Assembly: GCA_001784735.1 (NCBI GenBank)
Contig: MFSB01000008.1
Coordinates: forward strand, 1-40,791
From: Candidatus Moranbacteria bacterium RIFCSPLOWO2_12_FULL_48_12
Lineage (GTDB): Bacteria > Patescibacteriota > Minisyncoccia > Moranbacterales > UBA1568
Reading direction: 5' to 3'
Length of the DNA: 40,791 bases
Below the pieces are notes generated by a model. That model was not told where the DNA came from, ran no database searches, and saw only the letters and a list, made by a program, of their open reading frames with translations. Position 1 is the stretch's first letter. The number at the start of each line of letters is the position of its first letter. The translations under genes were made by a program, and so were the position numbers. Positions 33,030-40,791 of this stretch are shown piece by piece.

Positions 33030-33347
33030 ATGACAACACCGACGCACGTAGCAGCCAATTTGGGAATTTTTTTATTGCTCATGCAGGCAGATGGTCTGAG
33101 TCCAAACTATACTGATTTAGTGTTTCTTATTGGTTCAAATCTTATTGATCTGGATCACTTATCCTCTCGACCTATATATGATCCGATGAGGAATGGATTC
33201 AAAACACATTTCCTGCATCAAAATTGGAAAGTAATCCTGCTGGTATCAATTTTGATGCTGTTTATTCGACCGATGATGTTTCTTGGTATCGGGCTCATCC
33301 TTCATTTCTTTTTAGATTATCTCGATATAAAACGGAAGAAGATCTAA
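33030..33347 (+). CDS. Small membrane protein, YdjM/DUF457-like
   Basis: The start is taken at ATG 33030, after the tRNA. Hydrophobic helices and a LIDLDH motif. Confidence 0.5.
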   Translation: MTTPTHVAANLGIFLLLMQADGLSPNYTDLVFLIGSNLIDLDHLSSRPIYDPMRNGFKTHFLHQNWKVILLVSILMLFIRPMMFLGIGLILHFFLDYLDIKRKKI

Positions 33348-33410
33348 CTAAAATAGTAGATGTTGTTCTTGCTTTTGGGAGAGTGAAAATTATGTTATAC
33401 TGAAAGGCGT

Positions 33411-34503
33411 ATGAATGTGATGCAAGAGAGAATCGCGGTTCTTCAACAAAAACTCCTGCAGCTGCAGGACCATCTTTGACGTTGGGCGAAAAAAGGTCCG
33501 CAGAGAGGAACTCCGTCTGCAAAGCGAGCAGCCTCATTTTTGGAATGATCCCAAGGCTGCCGGGCGCGTGATGCAGGAACTGGAAGCCCTCGAGAACGAA
33601 CGGGTTTCTTATGAGCGTTTGAAAAAAACGCTTGCCGATTTGGCCAGTTTCGCTCTTCTGGAAGATTTGAAACCGGAAGATGCCGAAGAGCTGGAAAAGG
33701 AGTGCGCGCTGGTCGAAAAAGCCCTGAGCGAGTGGGAACTGAAGACGCTTCTCGGTGGCGAGTATGACGCCAAAAACGCTCTTCTCACGGTCAGAAGCGG
33801 GGCTGGAGGGGTAGATGCCCAAGATTGGGCGGAAATGCTCCTCAGGATGTATCTCCGGTATGCCGAGAATAACGGGTGGAAGACGCATCTTCTCGATGAA
33901 TCGCGGGGAGGCGAGGCCGGCATCAAGAGCGCCACCGTCGAGATAACCGGGACATACGCTTATGGCTATTTGCGCGGCGAAGCGGGCGTTCACCGGTTGG
34001 TGCGGCTCTCCCCGTTCAATGCGAAAAGTTTGCGGCAAACATCGTTCGCCTCGGTGGAAGTGATGCCGGTCATCGATAACGTGGCGATGCTTCCTATCAA
34101 GCCGGATGAACTGCGGATCGATACCTATCGCTCGTCGGGCGCAGGCGGTCAGAATGTGAACAAGACCGAAAGCGCCGTGCGGGTCACCCATATTCCGACC
34201 GGTCTCGTGGCAGCTTGCCAGAGCGAACGCTCTCAACTGCAAAATAAAGAAGAGGCGATGAAGATGCTCCGCTCCAAACTGGCACAAAAGCACATCGAAG
34301 AACAAGCGGCAGAAAAAAGAAAATTGCGCGGAGAATTCAAAAGCGTCGAGTGGGGAAATCAAATCCGCTCCTATGTTCTCCATCCTTATACGCTCGTCAA
34401 AGATCACCGAACCAATACCGAATTGAGCGATGCGAGCTCAGTGCTGGACGGTCATTTACAAACTTTTATCGAAAGCGAACTCCGCTATCTGCAGTCCCAT
34501 TAA
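33411..34503 (+). CDS. prfB: Peptide chain release factor 2, with programmed +1 frameshift
   Basis: The frame-0 ORF from ATG 33411 ends at CAT CTT TGA C (33471..33480). Skipping T33477 joins it to the frame that encodes ..DVGRKKVRREELRLQSEQPHFWND.., the SPF tripeptide (RLSPFNA) and GGQ (SGAGGQNVNK). Coding is therefore 33411..33476 plus 33478..34503. Confidence 0.95.
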
Positions 34504-34531
34504 ATATTCACCTTGGAAAAATAAAAAATAT

Positions 34532-35233
34532 ATGCCAGCCATCCAGCCGATCATCCGTTTTGAGAATGTCGCCAAAGTTTTTTCTGGCAATGCTGTTGTA
34601 CTTGAAAATGTCAACCTCAGTATCCAGCCGGGAGAGTTCATTTCTATCGTCGGAGCGAGCGGAGCCGGGAAGTCGACACTCTTGAAACTGATTTATGCGG
34701 AAGAAATACCCACAGAAGGAGAAATTTATTTTAGTGGACGCCCTTTGAGCCATATCAGCCGCAAGCATCTGCCGTTTTTTCGCCGCAATATCGGGACGGT
34801 ATTTCAGGATTTCAAATTGCTGCCGGAGCGAACGGCCTTCGAAAACGTCGCGTATGCCCTGGAAGTGGATGGCCGGAGCACGGCTGATATCAATCTGGAA
34901 GTGCCGGAAATTCTCGAAATTGTCGGCCTGGGCGCTCAAATGCACCAATTTCCGAGGCAATTGTCCGGAGGGGAGCAACAGCGCGTTTCTCTCGCCCGCG
35001 CGCTCATCCATCGCCCCAAGGTCATCATCGCGGATGAACCGACTGGCAATCTGGATCCGCTTTCAGCCAATGAGATTATCCAATTGCTTCTCCAGATCAA
35101 TTCATTCGGTACGACCGTGCTCTTGGCGACCCATAACAAGGGCATCGTCGACAAACTGGACAAACGTGTTATCCTTATCAATAAGGGTCGGATTTTCCAC
35201 GACCAGAATAAAGGCAAGTATATGTTACAATAA
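34532..35233 (+). CDS. ftsE: Cell-division ABC ATPase FtsE
   Basis: IRFENVAKVF, Walker A GASGAGKST, signature LSGGEQQR, Walker B VIIADEPTGNLD. Followed by ftsX. Confidence 0.94.
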   Translation: MPAIQPIIRFENVAKVFSGNAVVLENVNLSIQPGEFISIVGASGAGKSTLLKLIYAEEIPTEGEIYFSGRPLSHISRKHLPFFRRNIGTVFQDFKLLPERTAFENVAYALEVDGRSTADINLEVPEILEIVGLGAQMHQFPRQLSGGEQQRVSLARALIHRPKVIIADEPTGNLDPLSANEIIQLLLQINSFGTTVLLATHNKGIVDKLDKRVILINKGRIFHDQNKGKYMLQ

Positions 35234-35267
35234 GTAACATAGAACTCATTTAACATTAACCCTGTTC

Positions 35268-35348
35268 TGTCATTCCGGGCTTGACCCGGAATCCAGTAGA
35301 TGAGCCATAAGCATTAAGCTGGATTCCCGCCTGCGCGGGAATGACAAG
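35268..35348. repeat. MITE-like element with GTCATTCC..GGAATCCAG inverted termini
   Basis: TGTCATTCCGGGCTTGACCCGGAATCCAG (35268..35296) and, inverted, CTGGATTCCCGCCTGCGCGGGAATGACAAG (35319..35348). Confidence 0.65.
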
Positions 35349-35426
35349 CGGCTAAGGTTTTCGTGATATAAAGGCTTATAATAGAGACAAAAGAGAGATT
35401 AATTTAAATCACCTCATAAGATAAGA

Positions 35427-35476
35427 GATACCCGCCCGTACCGAACAGTACGTTCGGGCGGGCATGATAAGTGATA
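35427..35476. repeat. Upstream hairpin module, second copy (see 38..82)
   Basis: GATACCCGCCCG..CGGGCGGG (8-bp outer stem, inner CCGAAC/GTTCGG) followed by the exact 14-mer CATGATAAGTGATA. Confidence 0.5.
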
Positions 35477-35546
35477 AAAATATCTCCTTTGTTTTTTTTC
35501 GGACATCAATTATCAATCATCTTTTATCTCGTATCATTTTCTCAAT

Positions 35547-36461
35547 ATGAAAACGCTCAAGCTTTGGCGCACCTTCAAGGAAGGCATAGAAAATTTCCGC
35601 CGCAATGGCTGGCTGACGTTTGCGACAGTCAGCATCCTCACTCTCTCGCTCTTCATCGTCAGCCTCTCGTTTCTTATCGGAATGACGACGAGTCTGATAT
35701 TGGAAAATATGCGCGCCAAGGTGAGCGTGAGCGTTTCTTTCAATCCGGATGTGACGGAAGGGCGGATTTTGGAAATAAAAAACGAGCTTTCCAAGTATAC
35801 GAAAGAAATCGTTTCCGTGGAATATGTTTCGCGCGATAAAGCGCTGGAAACTTTTCTCGCGGAGAGCGGCAATGACCCGATCATTGCGCAAGCCATCCAA
35901 GAGATCGGGGAGAATCCGCTTTTGGCATCGCTTGTTATCAAAGCGGTCAAGCCGGAGGATTACCCGCTTATTGTGAGTCAGATCGAAGGCTCGACCTTCC
36001 AGAATGACATCAGTCGGATCAATTATGCCAAGAACAAGAAGATTTTTGAGCGGCTCGACCGGATCAATAAAACGGTTGGCAAGGCTGGTCTGATTCTTGG
36101 GGCTATCTTTATTTTTGTTTCCATTCTCATCACCTTCAACACGATACGCATCACCATCTATTCTCATCGCCAGGAGTTTGAGATTATGCGTCTAGTGGGC
36201 GCGTCCAATATCTATGTGCGGATGCCGTTCGTATTCGAGGGAGCGCTCTATGGACTGGTCGCAGCCGTGCTCACGCTAGGCCTCCTCTTCGGTATGGCGT
36301 ATTATTTTGCTCCATTTACAACGGGAGCTCTGCCCCAGGGGAATGTTCTGAATCTTTTCCTCGGCTCTTTCTGGCCTATTTTTGGCGCTCTAGTACTCCT
36401 CGGTATCTCCCTCGGCGTGGTCAGTAGCGCCATCGCCATCCGCCGCTATCTGAAAGTCTGA
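35547..36461 (+). CDS. ftsX: Cell-division permease-like protein FtsX
   Basis: 304 aa. N-terminal ..RTFKEGIENFRRNGW, an extracytoplasmic domain, then three C-terminal TM helices. Directly downstream of ftsE. Confidence 0.9.
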   Translation: MKTLKLWRTFKEGIENFRRNGWLTFATVSILTLSLFIVSLSFLIGMTTSLILENMRAKVSVSVSFNPDVTEGRILEIKNELSKYTKEIVSVEYVSRDKALETFLAESGNDPIIAQAIQEIGENPLLASLVIKAVKPEDYPLIVSQIEGSTFQNDISRINYAKNKKIFERLDRINKTVGKAGLILGAIFIFVSILITFNTIRITIYSHRQEFEIMRLVGASNIYVRMPFVFEGALYGLVAAVLTLGLLFGMAYYFAPFTTGALPQGNVLNLFLGSFWPIFGALVLLGISLGVVSSAIAIRRYLKV

Positions 36462-36482
36462 AATCTTAACAAATGTGTCCTG

Positions 36483-36520
36483 AAAAAACCCCCTGACTTG
36501 ACGTAAAGGGTTTTTTCTTT
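36483..36520. terminator. Terminator-like hairpin after ftsX
   Basis: AAAAAACCC ... GGGTTTTTT with an A-run and a T-run on either side, so it could act in both directions. Confidence 0.55.
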
Positions 36521-36571
36521 TATTCTCAAATATCAAGTGGTTATTTACCAACGAGATTAAGGAGATTCCTC

Positions 36572-37198
36572 ATGCAACCAGGACTACGGGCAATTCTCGA
36601 GCGTACTCCCGCGCAAAGCGAGGGGTTTATCTTCAGTCGTGTGCGTTCGCGTTACCCTTACGGCTCTGACGTGTACCGATCCGTAGTAAAAGCCTATGAG
36701 TCGATGCAAGAGGCTCACAATGGCGATACCCGGCAGAGCGGCGAAGCATATGAAGAGCACCCCAAAGCCGTAGCATCATTTGTCATCGAGATGTACGGTT
36801 TGCACCGGCCGCCAGTCATCATCGCCGCTCTTGATCACGATATGCCGGAGGACAAACCTGAGATCTGGCCAATCGAACGGATGGAAGGAACTTTCGGAAG
36901 AGACGTGGCTCTCATCGTCGATTGGGGCAATATGCGGCGTTTCAATCATATTGAAAATAAGTTGCTCGCGCGAGAAGCTTACTGTCTTAACTTTTTCCGC
37001 GACGCGCCCAAACATGCCGCGGTATGGAAGCTGGGTGATGTGTGGCATAATGGGCATACGCTCTGGACTCCGACAAACGAGAAGATTTGTGAGAAAGCGC
37101 TGGAAATCGAGCGCTTTTGGTTACCTCTCGCGTACCGTTACGACATATATGTCGAAGAAATACAAGAAACGCTGGTAAAGCTGCGTAACGGATGCTGA
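36572..37198 (+). CDS. HD-domain (p)ppGpp-hydrolase-like protein (RelA/SpoT hydrolase domain only)
   Basis: EAHNGDTRQSGEAYEEHPKAVA....AALDHDMPED matches the SpoT/RelA HD pattern H.GQ.R.SGEPY..HP..VA...AALLHD..ED. AAGGAG lies upstream of the ATG. Confidence 0.78.
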   Translation: MQPGLRAILERTPAQSEGFIFSRVRSRYPYGSDVYRSVVKAYESMQEAHNGDTRQSGEAYEEHPKAVASFVIEMYGLHRPPVIIAALDHDMPEDKPEIWPIERMEGTFGRDVALIVDWGNMRRFNHIENKLLAREAYCLNFFRDAPKHAAVWKLGDVWHNGHTLWTPTNEKICEKALEIERFWLPLAYRYDIYVEEIQETLVKLRNGC

Positions 37199-37459
37199 AC
37201 GAGGTGGGTGCGTCTCAAATAAATGGAGAAGTGGATTCGTCTCATCGCGACGCCGTAGCCAGAAAGTGGTTGCGGCGCGTGTTTTTTTCTCCTGCCCGAA
37301 ATGCTTTTGTTGGTTGAATAGATGAAGGCTTTTTTGAATTATGAGGTTATAAATATGCTTTAACAGAAGGAAATATCGTTGCAGGCGGGCTTGAAAAAAA
37401 TCTGTTTTCCTGTAGAATAGGGGAGTGTTAATGAGATTTTTGATTGAGGAATTCAGTAT

Positions 37460-37714
37460 ATGAAAGGTTACATATATATTTTACTCAGTTTAAAAGATTA
37501 TAAGACGTATACGGGATCTACAGATAATCTTGAAAAGCGATTAAAAGAACATCATAATGGGAAGTGCAAAGCGACAGTAAATCGTAGACCGCTTCAATTG
37601 ATATATTCTGAGAAAATTGATAGTTTGGATGAAGCTAGAAAAAGGGAGAAATATTTTAAAACAGCTTCAGGTAGAAGAGCTTTAAAGAAAATTTTTGAGG
37701 ATTTCAAAAAATGA
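37460..37714 (+). CDS. GIY-YIG nuclease domain protein (84 aa)
   Basis: GYIYILLS..YTGSTDNLEKRLKEHHNG......R.P..LIYSE......A.KREKYFK. AT-rich. The stop codon abuts the first base of tRNA-Gln. Confidence 0.88.
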   Translation: MKGYIYILLSLKDYKTYTGSTDNLEKRLKEHHNGKCKATVNRRPLQLIYSEKIDSLDEARKREKYFKTASGRRALKKIFEDFKK

Positions 37715-37785
37715 TGGGGAATGGCCAAGTGGTAAGGCAATGGGTTCTGGTCCCATGATCGGGGGTTCGAATCCCTCTTCCCCAG
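37715..37785 (+). tRNA. tRNA-Gln (anticodon CUG)
   Basis: Hand-folded. Acceptor UGGGGAA/UUCCCCA with U1-A72 and G73. D arm GCC-AAGUGGUAA-GGC. Anticodon arm AUGGG-UUCUGGU-CCCAU. T arm GGGGG-UUCGAAU-CCCUC. No encoded CCA. Confidence 0.9.
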
Positions 37786-37819
37786 CTAGTAGTTTTGGTT
37801 AAGAAATGATAATTCTGTA

Positions 37820-37955
37820 GCCAAGCGGCCCGCCTCGACTCGCTAGAAGCTTGTCTTCAGCGAGGTGGGTAAGGCAGTGGGTTCTGGCCCGTCTCGACGA
37901 GGCGTTGAGCCGAGGTGGATCCCACCATGCGAAGGTTCGATCCCTTCCTCCCCAG
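37820..37955 (+). pseudogene. Second tRNA-Gln(CUG)-like sequence lacking a contiguous 5' acceptor strand and carrying two related hairpin insertions
   Basis: GCCAAGCGG-[41 nt]-TAAGGC-A-GTGGG-TTCTGG-[32 nt]-T-CCCAC-CATGC-GAAGG-TTCGATC-CCTTC-CTCCCCA-G. Stem changes relative to the first tRNA-Gln are compensatory. Both insertions begin CCCG(C/T)CTCGAC and end CGAGGTGG. Confidence 0.6.
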
Positions 37956-37974
37956 CTGATGAATTTAAAATTCT

Positions 37975-38520
37975 ATGAAATCATTTTCTCGAGATATTTT
38001 GATTGTTGATTTTGAAGTCACAAAGTTTGATATTGAAAAAGGTGAGCCTATTCAAATAGGCCTTATCCTTTTAGATAAGAATACTTTAGAAACCAAGTGG
38101 TCGTATAGTTCTTGGATACAGCCAAAACAGCCAGTTTCTTTAGAGCAAGCAGGTCTGCGTTGGGCAAGCCTCGATCAAAATGATTTGGAAGAAATAAAGA
38201 AAGCCCCAGACCTGGTAACTGTTGCGAAAAAAATTGTAAAATTGTTACCGGAGAAATACTTTCTCTGCGCTTGGAATGCCACATTTGATTTTTGTTTCTG
38301 GGATAAACTTCTCAAGACGGTTGGTATGCGAACCAAAACTGCTAATATCTTGGATCTCTGGACATTGGCACAGGTAAAATTGCTGAGCGATGAGAATTAC
38401 ACTGGAGACTACAAATCAGAATCTGTTTTTCAGTATTTTGGTGCCAAGCCAAGAACCAAACACTATGGCATCACTGATTGTGAAATTGAAGCAATGCTTT
38501 TGAGGAAACTATTGCAATAA
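37975..38520 (+). CDS. DEDDh-type 3'-5' exonuclease (DnaQ-like fold)
   Basis: Exo motifs LIVDFEVT (DxE), AWNATFDFCFW (NxxFD) and HYGITDCE (Hx4D). AT-rich. Confidence 0.78.
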   Translation: MKSFSRDILIVDFEVTKFDIEKGEPIQIGLILLDKNTLETKWSYSSWIQPKQPVSLEQAGLRWASLDQNDLEEIKKAPDLVTVAKKIVKLLPEKYFLCAWNATFDFCFWDKLLKTVGMRTKTANILDLWTLAQVKLLSDENYTGDYKSESVFQYFGAKPRTKHYGITDCEIEAMLLRKLLQ

Positions 38521-38606
38521 GAAAAGAAAAGGAGGGCAGGTATCTTTTTCAAGAAAAAATAATTTTTTGGATTCGATTATTGCATAATAAGGTGGCCAGT
38601 TCTCGT

Positions 38607-39017
38607 ATGAAAATACTCTTTGTTTGCGAAGGCAATATCAACCGCAGCCAGATGGCAAGCACTCTCTTCAAGGCGCTCGTTCCCGAAGCTGAGGTACTTT
38701 CGGCCGGCGTATATGCGGATCATCCCGGCGAATTTCTTTCCGCGGTATCGGAGGGATCCATCGCTGCGATGAAGGAGCTGGGCTTCGATATGAGCTCAAA
38801 CATTATCACGCAACTGACCAGAGAAATGGTGGAGGCAGCCGACAAGGTTATTCTTGTCGGTTCTGTGCCGGGCGGATCCATACCCGAATATCTCAAGAAT
38901 TCTGTGAAGCTCGAGACATGGGACGTGCCGGATCCCGGTTATGGTCAGATATCCATCGAAGCGGCCAGGGATATGATATTGAAAGACGTGAAGCAGCTCG
39001 CAGAGAAGTTGAAATAG
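38607..39017 (+). CDS. Low-molecular-weight phosphotyrosine phosphatase / ArsC-like protein
   Basis: MKILFVCEGNINRSQMA (CX5R-S P-loop) and a distal WDVPDP. The start is taken at ATG 38607. Confidence 0.82.
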   Translation: MKILFVCEGNINRSQMASTLFKALVPEAEVLSAGVYADHPGEFLSAVSEGSIAAMKELGFDMSSNIITQLTREMVEAADKVILVGSVPGGSIPEYLKNSVKLETWDVPDPGYGQISIEAARDMILKDVKQLAEKLK

Positions 39018-39249
39018 TATTTCACGAATACTAAAGCTATTGAAGAGCAAGGCCATCTATAGATGTTTGATTATTTCGAACACCTTTTCGTTTTATGTTG
39101 GTTTGGGTTGCCAGAAAAGCAATTTCGTGGCATAATGGGTTTTACTTGTCCCGTACTACACTATATCAGGTGATAGTATTGGCATAGTAAACTAAGAATT
39201 GATACACCATTCTCTATTACTTTTGATGATAGTTCGGTGTGGTACTGGG

Positions 39250-40791
39250 ATGAACAACCCGATTTTTTTTCTGGCACGCAAGATGTGGCAATTTTCCGAG
39301 GGCAATCACCCGAGGGTAATTTTGTTTGCCTTTTTACTGATTGTTGCCAATGCTATCAGTCTTTTAGAACCGCTCATTGTGGCCAAGATTTTGAACACCG
39401 TCCAAGAACAGGGGATATCCTTTGCCAACTTGCATATCTTTTTTATCCTGCTCGGCCTGTTTATCCTTCAAACCATACTTTTTTGGGTCTTCCACGGGCC
39501 GGCTCGTGTGCTCGAGACGACCAATAGTTTTTTGGTGCGTGCCAATTACAAAAAATACCTGCTCAATGGGACGATCGGACTGCCGCTGGAATGGCATACG
39601 GAACATCATTCTGGCGATACTATCGATAAGATCGAGAAGGGGACGAAGGCACTCTATAACTTCTCCGAAAATAGCTTTCAATTTATTCAGGCAATGGTGC
39701 GCTTTTTTGGTTCTCTGATTGCTTTGGCACTTTTTAATTTCAATACGACTTTCATCGTAGTGTTTGTGACGCTCATCGCTATTCGTATCATTATCGAATT
39801 CGACAAAACGCTTGTGAAACAATACCGTCTGCTCAATACAGCGGAGAACAAGATTTCCGCGAAGATTTATGATGTCATCAGCAATATTTCTACGGTGGTT
39901 ATCTTGCGGGTGGAACAACTGCTTTCCAAAGATTTGTGGAAGAGCATTATGAAACCTTTCGGGCTGTATGTCGAGAATAGCAAGCTCAATGAATGGAAGT
40001 GGTTTACGGCCAGTATGGTGAGCGGCACGATGATCTCTTTTGTTTTGGGATTTTATGGGTATATGACGCTTCTCCATGGCGAAACGATTCTTGTAGGAAC
40101 CCTCTTTGCCCTCTATAGCTACACGGGGCGTATCAACGAGATATTTTACAGCTTCGCTTATTTGTACAGCGATACGGTGCGCTGGCGCACATCCATCCAG
40201 AATGCCGAAGAATTATCCGATAATTTTCGCGAAATAGCAGAAGAGGGGAGTATCATACACGAATGGAAGATTTGCGATATACGTTCGTTGACATTTTCCT
40301 ATCACAGCCAGGATGATGCGGACTTGCACCTCGATAATGTGTCTCTGTCTTTCCGCCGGGGTGAGAAAATCGCCGTTATCGGAGAGAGCGGCAGTGGCAA
40401 GACAACTTTTCTCAAAATTATCCGCGGTTTGTACGCGCCGACGAAAGTTTCAGTCAGTCTGGACGGCCAGGAGCTTTCTGATGGATTTATTTCGATGAAA
40501 AATGACATCGCGCTTATCCCGCAGGAGCCGGAAATATTCGCCACCACCATTCGGGAAAATATCACCATGGGCGTGGATCGCACGGAAGAAGAGATACGGA
40601 AGTATATGGATATCGCCCGCTTCAGCGCTGTCGTGGAACGCTTGCCGCACGGTCTGGAATCTTCCGTCGTGGAGCGGGGAGTGAACTTGAGCGGCGGTGA
40701 GAAACAGCGCCTCGCTTTGGTGCGGGGGCTTATGGCATCGGAAGACAAATCGATGATTCTTCTCGATGAATCGACGAGCAGTGTCGATGCG
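39250..40791 (+). CDS. ABC exporter, fused permease and ATPase (partial; runs off the 3' end of the window)
   Basis: Hand translation from ATG 39250 is open to the window end (514 codons). It is absent from the ORF track because it has no stop. The TM region is followed by Walker A GESGSGKTT, signature LSGGEKQRLAL and Walker B ILLDESTSSVD. Confidence 0.9.
   Translation, partial: MNNPIFFLARKMWQFSEGNHPRVILFAFLLIVANAISLLEPLIVAKILNTVQEQGISFANLHIFFILLGLFILQTILFWVFHGPARVLETTNSFLVRANYKKYLLNGTIGLPLEWHTEHHSGDTIDKIEKGTKALYNFSENSFQFIQAMVRFFGSLIALALFNFNTTFIVVFVTLIAIRIIIEFDKTLVKQYRLLNTAENKISAKIYDVISNISTVVILRVEQLLSKDLWKSIMKPFGLYVENSKLNEWKWFTASMVSGTMISFVLGFYGYMTLLHGETILVGTLFALYSYTGRINEIFYSFAYLYSDTVRWRTSIQNAEELSDNFREIAEEGSIIHEWKICDIRSLTFSYHSQDDADLHLDNVSLSFRRGEKIAVIGESGSGKTTFLKIIRGLYAPTKVSVSLDGQELSDGFISMKNDIALIPQEPEIFATTIRENITMGVDRTEEEIRKYMDIARFSAVVERLPHGLESSVVERGVNLSGGEKQRLALVRGLMASEDKSMILLDESTSSVDA

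Noticed and set aside
32898-33347. The 149-aa ORF overlapping tRNA-Thr
   Set aside because: The N-terminal third is the tRNA gene read as protein. The ORF was trimmed to ATG 33030.
37829-37919. Calling the two tRNA insertions archaeal-type bulge-helix-bulge introns
   Set aside because: I could draw self-contained hairpins but not a convincing 3-4-3 bulge-helix-bulge at the exon-intron junctions. No splicing endonuclease is in the window, and the 5' acceptor strand is not contiguous. I report the sequence as an interrupted tRNA-like sequence only.

Overview
The window reads as a compact, gene-dense bacterial chromosome segment. By inference it comes from a small-genome Patescibacteria/CPR-like organism. 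It uses the standard genetic code: prfB carries the classical UGA +1 frameshift, and TAA, TAG and TGA all end recognisable genes.

Housekeeping genes form the backbone: eno, a PfkB-family kinase, ftsA, alaS, rplU, recR, dnaB, cysS, yidD, hrcA-grpE-dnaK with a CIRCE operator, msrAB, pgeF, a DsbA-like protein, tRNA-Thr, prfB, ftsEX, and an ABC exporter that runs off the 3' end.

Several accessory or degenerate stretches interrupt this backbone:
1. 8.7-10.1 kb: a hairpin-rich non-coding tract plus an orphan FabZ-like gene.
2. 14.0-14.9 kb: a decayed corA-like gene.
3. 15.3-16.6 kb: a train of small Cys-rich ORFs, each preceded by a Shine-Dalgarno (SD) sequence.
4. 20.8-26.5 kb: an island of orphan genes, gene fragments and three copies of the 5' end of an M24 peptidase gene. 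It also holds an IS200/RAYT-like Y1 transposase with seven copies of a 21-nt hairpin repeat, two of them in frame inside the transposase gene itself.
5. 37.3-38.6 kb: an AT-rich patch with a GIY-YIG nuclease gene abutting tRNA-Gln, followed by a second tRNA-Gln-like sequence carrying two related hairpin insertions.

Other notable points are a Nudix-GrpE fusion ORF and several families of intergenic hairpin or low-complexity repeats, one copy of which sits in frame inside grpE. No CRISPR array, rRNA gene or recognisable defence system was seen. All calls come from reading the sequence and the ORF track by eye; no searches were run.
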